Of a stretch of 11,683 nt of DNA, positions 1-7,302 are shown piece after piece. How positions within the stretch are numbered: position 1 is the stretch's first letter; each line of letters begins with the position of its first letter. Source of the stretch: Candidatus Hodarchaeum mangrovi (GTDB lineage: Archaea; Asgardarchaeota; Heimdallarchaeia; Hodarchaeales; Hodarchaeaceae); the NCBI GenBank assembly GCA_016839515.1, contig JAEOUE010000022.1:1-11683 (forward strand). The letters are read 5' to 3'. A model generated the notes under the pieces. It was not told where the DNA came from. It did not search any database and saw nothing but the letters and a program-made list of their open reading frames with translations. The position numbers and the translations under genes are program-made.

Positions 1-132
1 AAATATTTTGACGATGAGAAAAAAAGAAAAGAAGTTTTAACCTTTGTCCTAGAAAAAGTGAAATCACGGGTATTGATAGAAGTCTTCCCTAAATGGATTA
101 AGGCTGGAAAGGTTCCCAAAACAAAAAATTAA
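1..132 (+). CDS. 3' end of a CDS entering from the left (43 aa, KYFDDEKKRKEVLTFVLEKVKSRVLIEVFPKWIKAGKVPKTKN*); function unknown
   Basis: Frame 1 is open from base 1 to TAA at 130-132, with protein-like composition, and ends 18 bp before the co-oriented SDR gene. Confidence 0.7.
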   Translation, partial: KYFDDEKKRKEVLTFVLEKVKSRVLIEVFPKWIKAGKVPKTKN

Positions 133-150
133 ACAAATGAGAGATGTTTT

Positions 151-864
151 TTGAGAGATGTTATAATCACTGGTGGAAGTAGAGGATTAGGTTTGGAATT
201 CACAAAGCAATTCTTAAAGAATGGTCATCGAATTTTTACTGGTAGTCGATTTCCAAAGAATAGTAAAGAATTGGATCACGTTAAAAATGAATATGGTGAA
301 AATTTGAAGATCTATCAGTTAGATGTCAGTAGAGAAGAATCAAGGCATGAATTCTATCTTAGAGTATTAGAAAAGACTAATAAAATAGATATTTTAATAA
401 ACAATGCAGGAATAATATCAGGGGATGAAAAATCTATCTTACTATTTGGTGAACTCAATCAAGAACTTTTAAGTAAAATATTGTTAGTAAATTCAATTTC
501 ACCGTTGATGATGACTGAAAAATTCTTTCCATTATTGAAAAGAGGAAAAGAACCAGTTATTGTAAATATTACTTCTAGTAACGGTTCAATTGCCTTAAGA
601 AAACAAAAAGGAAAATATGGGTACTGTAGCAGTAAAGCAGCTTTAAATATGATAACAAAAATCCTTTCATATGAACTAAAAGATACTGGAATTGTAGTAA
701 TTGCACTTCATCCTGGTTGGGTAAAAACATCAATGACAGCAAATGAAGATGCCCCAATGCTCCCTAACGAATCAATAAGTGGTATGATTAAGGTTATTAA
801 ATCTTTAAAAATGGAAGATTCAGGAAAATTCTTAGATTGGGAAGGAAAAGAATTACCTTGGTAG
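151..864 (+). CDS. Classical short-chain dehydrogenase/reductase, CsgA (C-factor)/sniffer-like
   Basis: Motifs TGGSRGLG (TGxxxGxG), LDV, NNAG, catalytic Ser (ITSSNGS), YCSSK (YxxxK), LHPGWVKT and C-terminal GKFLDWEGKELPW. TTG start. Confidence 0.93.
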   Translation: MRDVIITGGSRGLGLEFTKQFLKNGHRIFTGSRFPKNSKELDHVKNEYGENLKIYQLDVSREESRHEFYLRVLEKTNKIDILINNAGIISGDEKSILLFGELNQELLSKILLVNSISPLMMTEKFFPLLKRGKEPVIVNITSSNGSIALRKQKGKYGYCSSKAALNMITKILSYELKDTGIVVIALHPGWVKTSMTANEDAPMLPNESISGMIKVIKSLKMEDSGKFLDWEGKELPW

Positions 865-876
865 GCTGAGGATCTT

Positions 877-2283
877 TTAACCATGTAATTCTTCAGGAAC
901 TATTTCATAGGGGTGTTGTTTGTAGGTTGCTTGGATGATAAAAGGCAATCTTAATAAATTTTGACCTACTATGGAAAAATTTTTCTGCCTGATTAGTTTC
1001 CGGATTAAACGAAGGTATCGCGATGCATTCAGTAGGGGGGAATTGATTAAAAATTCAGCCTTAAGGGTTTTTTCAAACAGCTCTTCTGTAGTAAATTCTG
1101 TTGTTCCCGTTCCTTTATCATTATAAGAATAATATTGAGTCGGAGCAATTTTTCCTTCATTGATAGCCTCCTTCCAAAAATCAGATCCAATATTATATTG
1201 GAACGGAAATGGTTGCGCAATTTCCAATGTGGAAGCGCGACAATAATTAATGGTAGCATCTATTTCTCGTTCTGTTTCTGTTGGCCCCCCAATAATAAAA
1301 GTAGCAATTGTTATTAAATCGTATTTATCTGCGAGTTCAAAAGTTCGATCTAGTAATCCTTTCCATTTTCTTGGATTAGAACTGATTTTTTGATACATCC
1401 CGATAACACGTGGAACTATTGACTCAATTCCAATTAGTAAACCTGTACCATTTGCTCGCCGCATCAATCGTGCCCCTTCATCATCAATTTGATCTGCGCG
1501 AGCTAATGCCCAAAATGGTATATCAAGCCCCTCTTTTACTTTGGTTTTGAACAATTCTTTAGCAAAATTTGAATTTATCTTGAGAGAATCATCAACAAAT
1601 ATGATGTTTTTATAATTTAATTCATTTTGAACGATATGAATTTCATCTATGATATTTTCAACCGATCGTCTTCTATATTTTAGAGTCAACATATCACGAC
1701 TACAAAAACGACATTTTCTCCATTGACACCCTCTTCCTACATTCATACTTGCTGAATCATTTATCCATATATTATTCATTTTATTGTACTTGATATGCCG
1801 AAGCAGCTTCCGCTCTGGAAAAGGTAATTCATTGATATTTTCAATATAACGGGTCTCATAAAACTTTTTTTTAGTCGTTGTCTGGATAATATCTACTATT
1901 TGACTTTCCGCTTCTCCTGAAACAGCAATATCAATGAATGGACTTTCAGAAAAAATATTTTCTTTCATATATGTGACATGCGGTCCCCCTACGAGAGTTA
2001 TTATATTTGGATTTACTTTTTTTACAAGTTGCAGAATTTCATAGGCAACTCTTCGAAAAGGAGTCAAGATAGTCACTCCAAGATGAGTGAACTGATTTTG
2101 CTTAATATAGTGTGCTAATTTTCTAGGAAACCAGCCTTCAGCTGAAAGATCTAAAATATGGGTATCGATGTTCTGTTGACGAAGGACAGTGACTAAAGAA
2201 AGGGCACCAAGAGGTTGACAAAATCTTTCAATGGTTCCCCAGCTACTCGGAGGAAAAATAAATAATACTTTCTCATTACTCAT
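877..2283 (-). CDS. Cobalamin (B12)-binding domain radical SAM protein
   Basis: N-terminal B12-binding domain (QPLGALSL, ILDL, VGGPHVT, SGEAE, LPFPER), cluster motif RGCQWRKCRFC, then FVDD, RAD, IGIES and FIIGGPTET. Convergent with the SDR (12 bp gap). Confidence 0.92.
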   Translation of the reverse strand: MSNEKVLFIFPPSSWGTIERFCQPLGALSLVTVLRQQNIDTHILDLSAEGWFPRKLAHYIKQNQFTHLGVTILTPFRRVAYEILQLVKKVNPNIITLVGGPHVTYMKENIFSESPFIDIAVSGEAESQIVDIIQTTTKKKFYETRYIENINELPFPERKLLRHIKYNKMNNIWINDSASMNVGRGCQWRKCRFCSRDMLTLKYRRRSVENIIDEIHIVQNELNYKNIIFVDDSLKINSNFAKELFKTKVKEGLDIPFWALARADQIDDEGARLMRRANGTGLLIGIESIVPRVIGMYQKISSNPRKWKGLLDRTFELADKYDLITIATFIIGGPTETEREIDATINYCRASTLEIAQPFPFQYNIGSDFWKEAINEGKIAPTQYYSYNDKGTGTTEFTTEELFEKTLKAEFLINSPLLNASRYLRLIRKLIRQKNFSIVGQNLLRLPFIIQATYKQHPYEIVPEELHG

Positions 2284-2375
2284 TTAACTTTCATCAACCT
2301 TCTCGTTTAAAATGTCTTCCGTAATTTCTTATTTTTCAGTATTGTTTATGATAAATACAGATCCGAAATTCGTAA

Positions 2376-2870
2376 AAAGATAAAAGAAATAATCCATTTT
2401 GGAGATTTCAACGGAAAATTGAAAATTTTGCAGTATATTCTTCCTTAATAGGTGGATATCCCAGAAATATGACATTTGAATAAGCGAAACATGTAATCGA
2501 AGAACCTGAGATTATTAAATGGAGAGATCATCCACTAAAGGTTTTTGACATAAATCAAGATGAAAAATTAGACATTATTGGTATGTTGATATACTGGAAT
2601 GGAGTTTTGCTGACTAAAAAAGCATCAGAATTTTGGATGGAGTACCAAGGCGAGATTTTATCCACTGAATGTCAAGTAAATGTTATAAAGTGGGGAGATG
2701 ACTATCGAGGATTGCCAGAACCATTCTTAAATAGAGAAAAATGGGATCAAATGATTTTTGAGGACATTGACCAAGATTGTGACTTTGATATTGTTGCAAA
2801 TTGTGAGGAATATAATACTATGGGCATTGTATTCCTTGCAGTTTTTTGGTTTGAGAATCCTATAATTTAA
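2376..2870 (+). pseudogene. Remnant of the C-terminus of an FG-GAP/VCBS-repeat beta-propeller protein; the 95-aa ORF 2583..2870 is only its last part
   Basis: The frame of the 95-aa ORF stays open upstream to an in-frame TAA at 2481-2483 and reads *AKHVIEEPEIIKWRDHPLKVFDINQDEKLDIIG. There are two degenerate DxDxDGxxD loops (DINQDEKLD, DIDQDCDFD) and a terminal WFENP. The left boundary is uncertain. Confidence 0.65.
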
Positions 2871-2875
2871 TCTGT

Positions 2876-3811
2876 CTAGTTTCCCCTCTCTAAATAGTAA
2901 TAATACATTAATATGTCTGATCGTAACGGAGTGAAATGTTTGATCAATTCTTGTTGTTCGGGAGGAGTTTCTATCAAGTCAGTATAAAACAACATAGGAA
3001 TATCTTCTCCATAACCTGAATTCAAACATTCTTTTGCTACTTCAATTAAGAGAGGGATGAATGGATCAGGATCCTTGACATTCTTAAATGCTGTAAATCG
3101 CTGAATGATTCGTTCTTCTTCTTGCTGAGGGGATTTAAATATGAGAGGTGCTGAGGCAGCTATAAGTTCCTTATTCTCATAAAGTAATACCAAATGCCCA
3201 ATAGAGAGAACTTTCTCGGTTAAATATTGTCTTATGGCCTCTTCATTAGCAAATTGATCAATATAACGTCCATCATCCTTAATAAGCTGTATTACAGCAT
3301 CTATATCACTCTCAGTACCAATCCGTGAAGTATATTTAGAATCATAGGTTACTGAAGCGATTTCTGATAAAGAAATAAGAAGAGTTCTCCAAACATTCTT
3401 TTCTACAAAGCCTCTACTCTGTAGAAATTCCAGGTTGGATTCAGGTTTGTTCATCGGATTAACTCGAAATTTATAATCAGCTAAGTCTTTCTGTGCTTTA
3501 AAATAGCTTAACATATCATCAAACAAGGAACTTTGAACTTCAGGAGGGGTACCAGGTAAGGTCCAAGGATAGCTAAGGATAATTTCTTTGACGTTGTCCT
3601 TTACTTTGGCTTGAATATACCCTATCATTTGATTATCTTTGAATGCATATTTTACGTGTTTTGGGTTAATTTTGTCTTTAGAAAATTGTTTTTTAATTTG
3701 CTCACCACTAGCAGGTTGAAATTTAAAAGGATTTGCTTCGTTGAATACTTCTGCTTGCTTTTCTTCAAAACCTTGATCTGGCGCCCAGTTCTTATATATA
3801 ATCTTTGGCAT
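2876..3811 (-). CDS. Tandem GNAT-fold protein (putative acyltransferase)
   Basis: Domain 1: YAFKDNQMIGYI strand pair and motif-B-like LEFLQSRGF. Domain 2 begins SRIGTESDIDAVIQLI and has LVLLYENKELIAAS. SD-like TGAGGT lies 3 nt before the ATG. Confidence 0.65.
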   Translation of the reverse strand: MPKIIYKNWAPDQGFEEKQAEVFNEANPFKFQPASGEQIKKQFSKDKINPKHVKYAFKDNQMIGYIQAKVKDNVKEIILSYPWTLPGTPPEVQSSLFDDMLSYFKAQKDLADYKFRVNPMNKPESNLEFLQSRGFVEKNVWRTLLISLSEIASVTYDSKYTSRIGTESDIDAVIQLIKDDGRYIDQFANEEAIRQYLTEKVLSIGHLVLLYENKELIAASAPLIFKSPQQEEERIIQRFTAFKNVKDPDPFIPLLIEVAKECLNSGYGEDIPMLFYTDLIETPPEQQELIKHFTPLRSDILMYYYYLERGN

Positions 3812-3913
3812 TTTACCTCACTCAAACCATTAAAAGGTAATTTAGTAATAATCAACAGTGTCTTGTTTAAAAATATTTCTTGATGCAAGAAATATTCGGT
3901 TGAGTTAAAGGGA

Positions 3914-4393
3914 TTAAGAGGCTAGAAGCCTCCCGATTTTTCTTCCAGTTTCAAACATAGCAGTTTCTACTCCCGATTCAAGAGGCCCTTCTCGACCAAT
4001 GACAATAGAAGACATACGGGGTATTATGGGTTTGATCTTCATTTTTTTCAACTTAGATTCAATCCGTTTTGAAGCACTATTTTCAATAAGAAGCCATCTT
4101 CTACTATTCATACGCGAATGATTCCTTGTATCGAAGCTAAATCCCTTTTTTCCTTTAAGATTTAACGTTTTCAGTCGATTCAGAAATTTTTTCATTTCCT
4201 TTGATAAACCAATGACATGTGTTGGTCCCCCTATTGCAAGAAAATCATAATTAGGAATTAGATCGATATCTATCTCCTCTATGCTAACACAATCAACCTT
4301 TATTCCTTTTTCACTTATTCCAGCAGCTAAACTAGCTGCAACTTTTTTTGTATTCCCAAAGAGAGAATGATATAAAACTAAAGCTTTTTTCAT
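3914..4393 (-). CDS. Flavodoxin-family protein
   Basis: FMN phosphate loop YHSLFGNTKKVA, plus YDFLAIGGPTH, FSFDTR and EGPL. GGTGA ribosome-binding site at 4401-4405. Confidence 0.92.
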   Translation of the reverse strand: MKKALVLYHSLFGNTKKVAASLAAGISEKGIKVDCVSIEEIDIDLIPNYDFLAIGGPTHVIGLSKEMKKFLNRLKTLNLKGKKGFSFDTRNHSRMNSRRWLLIENSASKRIESKLKKMKIKPIIPRMSSIVIGREGPLESGVETAMFETGRKIGRLLAS

Positions 4394-4400
4394 TGCTTTG

Positions 4401-4405
4401 TCACC
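4401..4405 (-). promoter_or_regulatory. Archaeal-type Shine-Dalgarno (GGTGA) of the flavodoxin gene
   Basis: Minus strand reads GGTGA-caaagca-ATG (7 nt spacing). Confidence 0.6.
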
Positions 4406-4417
4406 ATAATCCTTTTT

Positions 4418-5080
4418 TTATGAAATGTTTTCTATTGAGCTTCCGAATTCCTGGCTTTTTGATTTTAAGTTCGAAAAATCTTGGATAATTATTAAGAAAA
4501 GCGATCCAAATGTAACTGGGGCAAATATTGCTACAGTAAAAAGGCTCCAGGTTCCCGCATGAAAGGGAAGGCCAATAATAAGACCAAAAATTGTAGTCCA
4601 GTGAAACCAATAAGCGATTGAAGATTGAAAGTTTGTAGGATGGAGCGGCCACCTTTTTTTCCAGAAATTATATTCAATGAACCATAGAAAGATAAGAATA
4701 GCCATTAAGATAATACAATAGGTCGCCTTAGCTAGTAATGATATCATATGAATAAAAACAACTCCTAACGTGAGAGTAAAGCTCAAACTATGGAATATTA
4801 AACCCGACATATAATATCGTGAGAAAATTCTTGTTATCTGAGGAGGAGAGAATCCTAATCTTACCAAAAAAATGAAATAAAAGTTAGCTAGTAGTGGGAG
4901 CTCAGATAAAAGAAAAAGGGGTAAAATAAAATGTCCTAAGCTATTTCCATTGATATTAAAAACCGCTAGGATTCCCAAACAAATGAATAAAACTAGAAAA
5001 CAACTAGCTTTTAGACTTGTTAAAATTTGCTTTGCTCTTGTTTGATTAATAAAGAGATTTTTTGTGTACATGTTATCCAA
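4418..5080 (-). CDS. Integral membrane protein (~6 TM), probable di-heme cytochrome b of ferric-reductase-like transmembrane type
   Basis: About six hydrophobic segments, with His97/His111 in the third and His160/His174 in the fifth (both H-x13-H). TTG start, alternative ATG at 5071. The CDS is secure; the heme call is inference. Confidence 0.6.
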   Translation of the reverse strand: MDNMYTKNLFINQTRAKQILTSLKASCFLVLFICLGILAVFNINGNSLGHFILPLFLLSELPLLANFYFIFLVRLGFSPPQITRIFSRYYMSGLIFHSLSFTLTLGVVFIHMISLLAKATYCIILMAILIFLWFIEYNFWKKRWPLHPTNFQSSIAYWFHWTTIFGLIIGLPFHAGTWSLFTVAIFAPVTFGSLFLIIIQDFSNLKSKSQEFGSSIENIS

Positions 5081-5119
5081 CTTGTTTCATTCCTTATAGT
5101 TTTTGTTAGAGTACAAAAC

Positions 5120-5806
5120 CTAATCATCATAATGCTTCAATCCTTTGTCAATAATATTAAACAAAACCTCTAAATATTCACGAGCTTTATTTTGGGAAGG
5201 ATCTTCTGTTGCCGTTCGTCTAATAAGGTCATTAATAGCTGTACCTAAAGTACTAAGAGCCATAACCACACTAAAAGGATCAAGATTTTCATGTACTCCT
5301 GCATCTTCCATTGTTTTAGAAATGACTTGTAGCATGAATTTTTCAATGTTCAAGTGAACTGTTCGAAAAGCTTTTTCTCTATCATTTAGAGCGATTTCAT
5401 TTTCTTCTTTATATAAAATAGCACCAATTATTAGACTCAATCTACCCGACTCCATTAGACTAGCATAGCCAAGATGTTGATCAACAAAGGTTAAATAGGC
5501 TTTTCCTAAGGTCATCAGCTCAAATTTGGCGTTAGGATTAGAAAAAGTCTCCTGAAATATAGTATACATAGCATCGAAGGCTCGTGTTATAACTGCAAGG
5601 TATAGATCGTCTTTTGAATCAAAATAATTATAAATTGAGGCTTTAGTATATCCTGCTTTTTCGGCAATTTGATTTACCATGGTTTGATCATAACCCTGAT
5701 TGATAAAAAGCCATTCAGCAGTATCGATAATGTGATTCCGCCGAATATTTTTCCTTCGTTTTGTTCTTAGTTGTTTTTTTAGGTCTTGTTCTTGGTTCTT
5801 TTTCAT
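5120..5806 (-). CDS. TetR/AcrR family transcriptional regulator
   Basis: HTH signature IIDTAEWLFINQGYDQTMVNQIAEKAGYTKASIYNYFDSKDDLY followed by a helical C-terminal domain. Confidence 0.96.
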   Translation of the reverse strand: MKKNQEQDLKKQLRTKRRKNIRRNHIIDTAEWLFINQGYDQTMVNQIAEKAGYTKASIYNYFDSKDDLYLAVITRAFDAMYTIFQETFSNPNAKFELMTLGKAYLTFVDQHLGYASLMESGRLSLIIGAILYKEENEIALNDREKAFRTVHLNIEKFMLQVISKTMEDAGVHENLDPFSVVMALSTLGTAINDLIRRTATEDPSQNKAREYLEVLFNIIDKGLKHYDD

Positions 5807-5848
5807 ATTAGAGCCTACTATTGTTCTTTGAAGTCATTTAGTGAAGTA

Positions 5849-5883
5849 TTATACTCGGGTAATATTTTTGTACTTGAGTATAA
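5849..5883. promoter_or_regulatory. Two tandem 16-bp imperfect palindromes (consensus TTATACTCGAGTATAA), putative TetR operators
   Basis: 5849-5864 TTATACTCGGGTAATA (13/16 match) and 5868-5883 TTGTACTTGAGTATAA (14/16 match), 3 bp apart, immediately upstream of tetR. Confidence 0.7.
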
Positions 5884-5896
5884 AAAGTATTTCTTA
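5879..5896 (-). promoter_or_regulatory. Putative archaeal BRE/TATA promoter of the tetR unit
   Basis: Minus strand reads TAAGAAATAC-TTTTTATA, about 75 bp upstream of the tetR ATG and overlapping the distal palindrome. Confidence 0.5.
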
Positions 5897-6182
5897 GCGG
5901 TAAATTTGAGTTGATTAATAACTCTATCGTTTAAAAGTGCAATATTTATTGAATCATTCATATTAGAGTTTTTACCTTTATGATTTACATAGAATACATT
6001 TACATCTCTTATGGTACTTTTTATATAAAAGACAGAGATTTAAACTCATGTTAAAAGGAAAAATATTAATTTAATACAACATTGATCATTATCAAAATTG
6101 TCCGTTGTAATTAGAAACATAATCCTTACTATAAAAAGTTGAAATTGAGAGTACAAATTATCCTTTCTAAGGTTTTGATGTC

Positions 6183-6602
6183 ATGCCTAAAAAAAAAGAA
6201 GATTCACTTTCTGCTCTCTACGAGAATATTCATCTTGATATTTCCCAAATACGGAAGCTACAACTTGAAATACTGGAATTTCAAGACCAATTGAAAAAAC
6301 TAGAATATGAAAAAGCTATTATTCAAGGGAATATTAAATTAAGTATTTATAATGAAACCAATGATAAAGAGAATAATGTTTCAAGTAATGAAACCATGCT
6401 TCAGACTCTTATTCAACAACAACTTAGTTCTCATGAAGTCTATCTCAATCTTTTAGAGCAAATTGAAGAACTGGAGCTTAAGGAGAAACAGTTTAAGATT
6501 GAAGTTGAATTTCTTTATAATCGGGTCAAACTTAACCAGATTTATTTACGTGTGGGAAATTTTCCTCTTTCGAAAGAAAAAATAAGAGAATTTACATATT
6601 AA
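6183..6602 (+). CDS. Hypothetical all-helical coiled-coil protein (139 aa)
   Basis: Two heptad-patterned E/Q/K/L-rich helices flank a polar loop (NETNDKENNVSSNET). TATA-like TATAAAAA near 6130 and a T-rich tract after the stop. Confidence 0.75.
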   Translation: MPKKKEDSLSALYENIHLDISQIRKLQLEILEFQDQLKKLEYEKAIIQGNIKLSIYNETNDKENNVSSNETMLQTLIQQQLSSHEVYLNLLEQIEELELKEKQFKIEVEFLYNRVKLNQIYLRVGNFPLSKEKIREFTY

Positions 6603-6630
6603 ATAGGGCATATAGGATTATAACACCTAT

Positions 6631-6648
6631 TATTTGTTTCTCTTTTTC
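6631..6648 (+). terminator. Possible oligo-T archaeal terminator
   Basis: TATTTGTTTCTCTTTTTC about 30 bp downstream of the 6602 stop, in a convergent intergenic gap. Weak in such AT-rich DNA. Confidence 0.3.
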
Positions 6649-6700
6649 GCTAGCCTTCGAACATTAGATTGTGTTAATATAGCAGTTTTTAAAAATAGAA

Positions 6701-7225
6701 TTATAGATATTCCTTCTCTAAACGTCCATTAGGGATTATTACTGAATAAGCTCCTTTAGCATGATTTTTTCGTAATTTCATGGCATTAATCCCTACCCCA
6801 AAACATAATACCTTTGGATTAGGAGTCATTTTCAAAAAAGTAAGTGATACATTAGTTCCTTGTTTCACTTCCATAGAAATTAATCGAAGTATTCTTTTAC
6901 TCTGAAAAAGTTCACTAATCTCTGGTGTGTCCAAAGGAATAAGTTTAGCTTTCCCATAAAATGTCACAGTTCCTGAAGGAAGAAATCGTAAGCAATAATG
7001 AGGGAAAGGGATGATAAATGACACTTGAGGATTTTTTTTAATATTTCTAACTTTTTTATACTTTTTAGAGGTTAAAAAATAAAGGGAAAATTGTGAAGGA
7101 GGAGCTGAAACAGCATAAAGAATTCCTGTTGTATGTGGGGTTCCATCTTGATTTAAAGTTGTCAAAATCCCAAATGTCTTTTTTCGAATTTGTTTTTCAA
7201 TGAAAACAAAACTTTTTTTGTCCAA
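6701..7225 (-). CDS. Pyridoxamine 5'-phosphate oxidase-like (FMN/F420 split-barrel) protein
   Basis: FGILTTLNQDGTPH, LYFLTSKKYKKVRNIKKNPQVSF and VTFYGKAKL match the split-barrel pattern. TTG start. TTTATA at 7257-7252 suggests its own promoter. Confidence 0.88.
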   Translation of the reverse strand: MDKKSFVFIEKQIRKKTFGILTTLNQDGTPHTTGILYAVSAPPSQFSLYFLTSKKYKKVRNIKKNPQVSFIIPFPHYCLRFLPSGTVTFYGKAKLIPLDTPEISELFQSKRILRLISMEVKQGTNVSLTFLKMTPNPKVLCFGVGINAMKLRKNHAKGAYSVIIPNGRLEKEYL

Positions 7226-7302
7226 TTTTCTTTATCCATCCATTAAATATCTATAAATATATTTTTTAAGGAAAAAATAAAGTTTATTCTTAGTTAATTA
7301 AG

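Noticed and set aside
575-757. 60-aa minus-strand ORF
   Set aside because: Antisense shadow inside the SDR gene; no motif.
1047-1317. ORFs 1047..1259 (-) and 1135..1317 (+)
   Set aside because: Wholly inside the radical SAM gene; no recognisable features.
2481-2483. In-frame TAA as evidence of stop-codon recoding
   Set aside because: TAA terminates several clear genes in this window, and neighbouring motif decay fits pseudogenisation better.
3611-3888. ORFs 3611..3883 (+) and 3652..3888 (-)
   Set aside because: Overlap the GNAT gene, which has its own SD; composition is typical of off-frame AT-rich DNA.
4401-4652. 83-aa alternative-frame ORF
   Set aside because: Nested in the membrane protein gene, whose frame carries the His pattern.
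5145-5357. 70-aa plus-strand ORF
   Set aside because: Antisense to tetR.
6004-6039. Palindrome TTTTATATAAAA (6019-6030) flanked by ATCTCT/AGAGAT as an ncRNA or hairpin
   Set aside because: Low-complexity, weak stem; at most a TATA-like element.
7226-7302. PPOX-like gene as part of the GTPase operon
   Set aside because: The 77-bp gap has a T-tract and its own TATA-like TTTATA, and no functional link is evident.
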